DNA of 64,000 nt, taken from NCBI GenBank assembly GCA_047519465.1, contig JAPVTA010000151.1, positions 54,534-118,533 of the forward strand. Reading direction: 5' to 3'. This document shows positions 62,280-64,000 of the stretch, piece by piece (position 1 is the stretch's first letter; each line of letters opens with the position of its first letter). Source of the DNA: Thermodesulfobacteriota bacterium. Its GTDB lineage: Bacteria; Desulfobacterota; BSN033; UBA1163. The position numbers were made by a program, and so were the translations under genes. A model generated the notes under the pieces. That model ran no database searches and had not been told where the DNA came from. It saw nothing but the letters and a program-made list of their open reading frames with translations.

Positions 62280-64000
62280 ATGGCTAAAGAAAGAAAGGTA
62301 ATCTTCACCGACTGTACGCTCTGCTACCATAGTTGCGGCACAAAGGTCACCGTCGAAGGTGGAAAGGCAGTCAAGGTGGAAGGGTTAGAGTCTCATCCCT
62401 TAAATAAAGGCAAACTTTGTCCAAAGGGAGAGGCCGCCCTCAATAACATCTATAGTCCGAGTCGGGTAAAGTATCCCATGAAAAGAGTGAACGGAAACTG
62501 GGAGAGAATCACATGGGATCAGGCGCTGACAGAAATAGCGAATAAACTTTTGAGGCTGAGGGAAGAATATGGTCCCTCGATGCTGGGGATGTTTAGCGGA
62601 TCGATTGGGGTTGAAAACCTGGAGATGGCCGGTTTAACCCAGAGATTCAAAGCAGCCTTTGGCTCTCCCAACTTCTTCTCCGTGGAAAGCATCTGCTATC
62701 GGATGCGAATTCGAACAAGGCAGATCACCTTTGGCAAATACCCGACCGAGGAGCTTGATTCAAATCTTTATATCCTCTGGGGTCACAACCCTGATGAATC
62801 TGACTTTCCTTTGCAACTCGCGATCGGGGAAAATCTGAAAAAGGGGGCAAAACTGGTCGTGATCGACCCCAAGAGGATTCCTTTGGCGGATCATGCAGAA
62901 ATGTATCTCAGGATAAGACCCGGTACGGACGGAGCACTGGCCCTTGCGCTGATAAACGTGATGATCAGTGAAAGGCTTTACGATGCCGATTTCATCGAGA
63001 AGTACACCTACGGGTTTGATCAGCTGGTCCCCCATATACAGAAATATACTCCAGAGTGGGCTGAGAAGATTACCTGGATCCCTGCCGAAGACATCCGGAA
63101 GCTCGCCCGCCTCCTTGCAAAGACAAAAGGAGCAGGCATTTACCAGGGGACCAATACCCAGGATCAAACAGCCAACGGTACTCAGAACAGTCGCGCCTTC
63201 TCCATTCTTCAGGTCATGACCGGAAATATAAATAACCCGGGCGGATGGGTGATCAGCCCTCGGTTGAAGCTGGGCGACGTTACCCTGGAGGTGCAGGGAG
63301 AACCCCTTGGAGCTGACCAATATCCGCTTTTCCATGAGGTATGGGGTAGAAGAAGCCCTTACGGCGTGGTCACATGTGTTCCTGAAAGCGTCCCGCAAAA
63401 AATCAAGGCGTTCTTTGTGATTGGAGGAAATCCTGTTGTTTCGATGCCAGACTCTAACGCTTTCAGGTCAGCCTTTAAGAAACTGGAATTGCTCGTCGTG
63501 CACGACCTGTTCATGACCGAAACGGGAGAACTCGCTCATTACATGCTGCCCGCCTGCTCACACCTGGAGAAGTGGGGGTTGGCCTATACCTATAATGTGT
63601 GCCACTGTCTCCCCTATCTCATGCTCAGGAAAAAGGCCATCGACCCCTTTTATGAAAGCTGGTCGGAGTGGAGACTTTTTACGGAACTTGCCAAGAAGTT
63701 GGGTATGGGAGGTCAATTCCCTTGGAAGTCGGAGGAGGAGCTCGTGGTATTCGAATTAGGACCTACTGGGTTGACCTTCAAACAGCTTCTGGAAGAAAAA
63801 CCAGAAGGGGCTTTTTATCAACAGAAGGCATACGGAATGAAAGAGGTGAAGTTTTCGACACCGACGCGGAAGATTGAGATATACAGTGATGCATTAGAAA
63901 AGGTGGGATTTGACCCTCTCCCCACATATCTGGAGCCGCGGAAAAGCCCCGTCAATTCGCCAGAATTGTTGGAAAAATATCCATTGATACTTTCGACAGG
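62280..64000 (+). CDS. Molybdopterin (bis-MGD) oxidoreductase catalytic subunit, N-terminal ~573 aa (3' end runs off the window)
   Basis: It is absent from the ORF track because it is open-ended. RBS GGAGG precedes ATG 62280. Translation gives MAKERKVIFTDCTLCYHSCGTKVTVEGGKAVKVEGLESHPLNKGKLCPKG (Cx2Cx3C...C FeS-0 motif), a candidate Cys ligand in ..FFSVESICYRM.., and ..LVVIDPKR....A...L.IRPGTDGALALA... Confidence 0.85.
   Translation, partial: MAKERKVIFTDCTLCYHSCGTKVTVEGGKAVKVEGLESHPLNKGKLCPKGEAALNNIYSPSRVKYPMKRVNGNWERITWDQALTEIANKLLRLREEYGPSMLGMFSGSIGVENLEMAGLTQRFKAAFGSPNFFSVESICYRMRIRTRQITFGKYPTEELDSNLYILWGHNPDESDFPLQLAIGENLKKGAKLVVIDPKRIPLADHAEMYLRIRPGTDGALALALINVMISERLYDADFIEKYTYGFDQLVPHIQKYTPEWAEKITWIPAEDIRKLARLLAKTKGAGIYQGTNTQDQTANGTQNSRAFSILQVMTGNINNPGGWVISPRLKLGDVTLEVQGEPLGADQYPLFHEVWGRRSPYGVVTCVPESVPQKIKAFFVIGGNPVVSMPDSNAFRSAFKKLELLVVHDLFMTETGELAHYMLPACSHLEKWGLAYTYNVCHCLPYLMLRKKAIDPFYESWSEWRLFTELAKKLGMGGQFPWKSEEELVVFELGPTGLTFKQLLEEKPEGAFYQQKAYGMKEVKFSTPTRKIEIYSDALEKVGFDPLPTYLEPRKSPVNSPELLEKYPLILST

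Noticed and set aside
62760-63398. A 212-aa minus-strand ORF, the only track ORF covering much of 62.3-64 kb.
   Set aside because: It lies antisense to an open-ended plus-strand frame with clear molybdopterin-oxidoreductase motifs. Its own translation is low-complexity with no motif, so it is a shadow ORF.
1-64000. Mobile elements, prophage, defence systems, tRNA, rRNA and selenocysteine recoding.
   Set aside because: I found no transposase, integrase, recombinase, phage structural, restriction, toxin-antitoxin or Cas-like ORFs. I also found no tRNA-like T-arm/acceptor pattern and no in-frame TGA interrupting the molybdo/tungsto-enzyme genes. Absence is judged by eye only.

Overview
This is a 64-kb chromosomal segment from a Gram-negative bacterium; heptosyltransferases, a TonB-type protein and an OM beta-barrel support that. 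I saw no rRNA, tRNA, CRISPR array, transposase or integrase. Bases 1-34.4 kb form one co-directional minus-strand glycan locus, many of whose genes have overlapping or abutting stop and start codons. It holds gmd and manC, a split Alg13/Alg14-type glycosyltransferase, three tandem paralogs of a GT-C-like membrane protein plus a fourth GT-C, and a Wzx-type flippase. It also holds 3 GT2, 3 GT4, 2 GT9 heptosyltransferases, 2 DegT aminotransferases, a WbpB/WbpD/WecB-like set, 5 class-I SAM methyltransferases plus one FkbM type, 3 hexapeptide acetyltransferases, a FemAB-like GNAT, a CE4 deacetylase and an SDR epimerase. Bases 34.6-45.3 kb carry housekeeping and envelope genes: a metallophosphoesterase, a 4HBT thioesterase, a radical SAM protein, ftsB, a TonB-like protein, a 1013-aa TPR protein, pcm, an OMP and rarA. 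Bases 45.6-64 kb form a plus-strand putative anaerobic aromatic/phenolic catabolic island. It runs IclR regulator, Liv-type ABC transporter, then a split PEP-synthase-type phosphotransferase bracketing an amidohydrolase-2, a degenerate HAD and an orphan protein. It continues with a tungsten/molybdenum AOR, a ferredoxin, an OYE-FeS reductase, an aryl-AMP/CoA ligase and a molybdopterin oxidoreductase that runs off the window. That phosphotransferase/amidohydrolase module is my best candidate for an undescribed system. Other direct observations are a duplication scar, an in-frame 12-nt minisatellite, and several palindromic repeat families in intergenic gaps, two of which supply the 3' ends of ORFs. 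All functional calls rest on reading motifs by eye; no searches were run.
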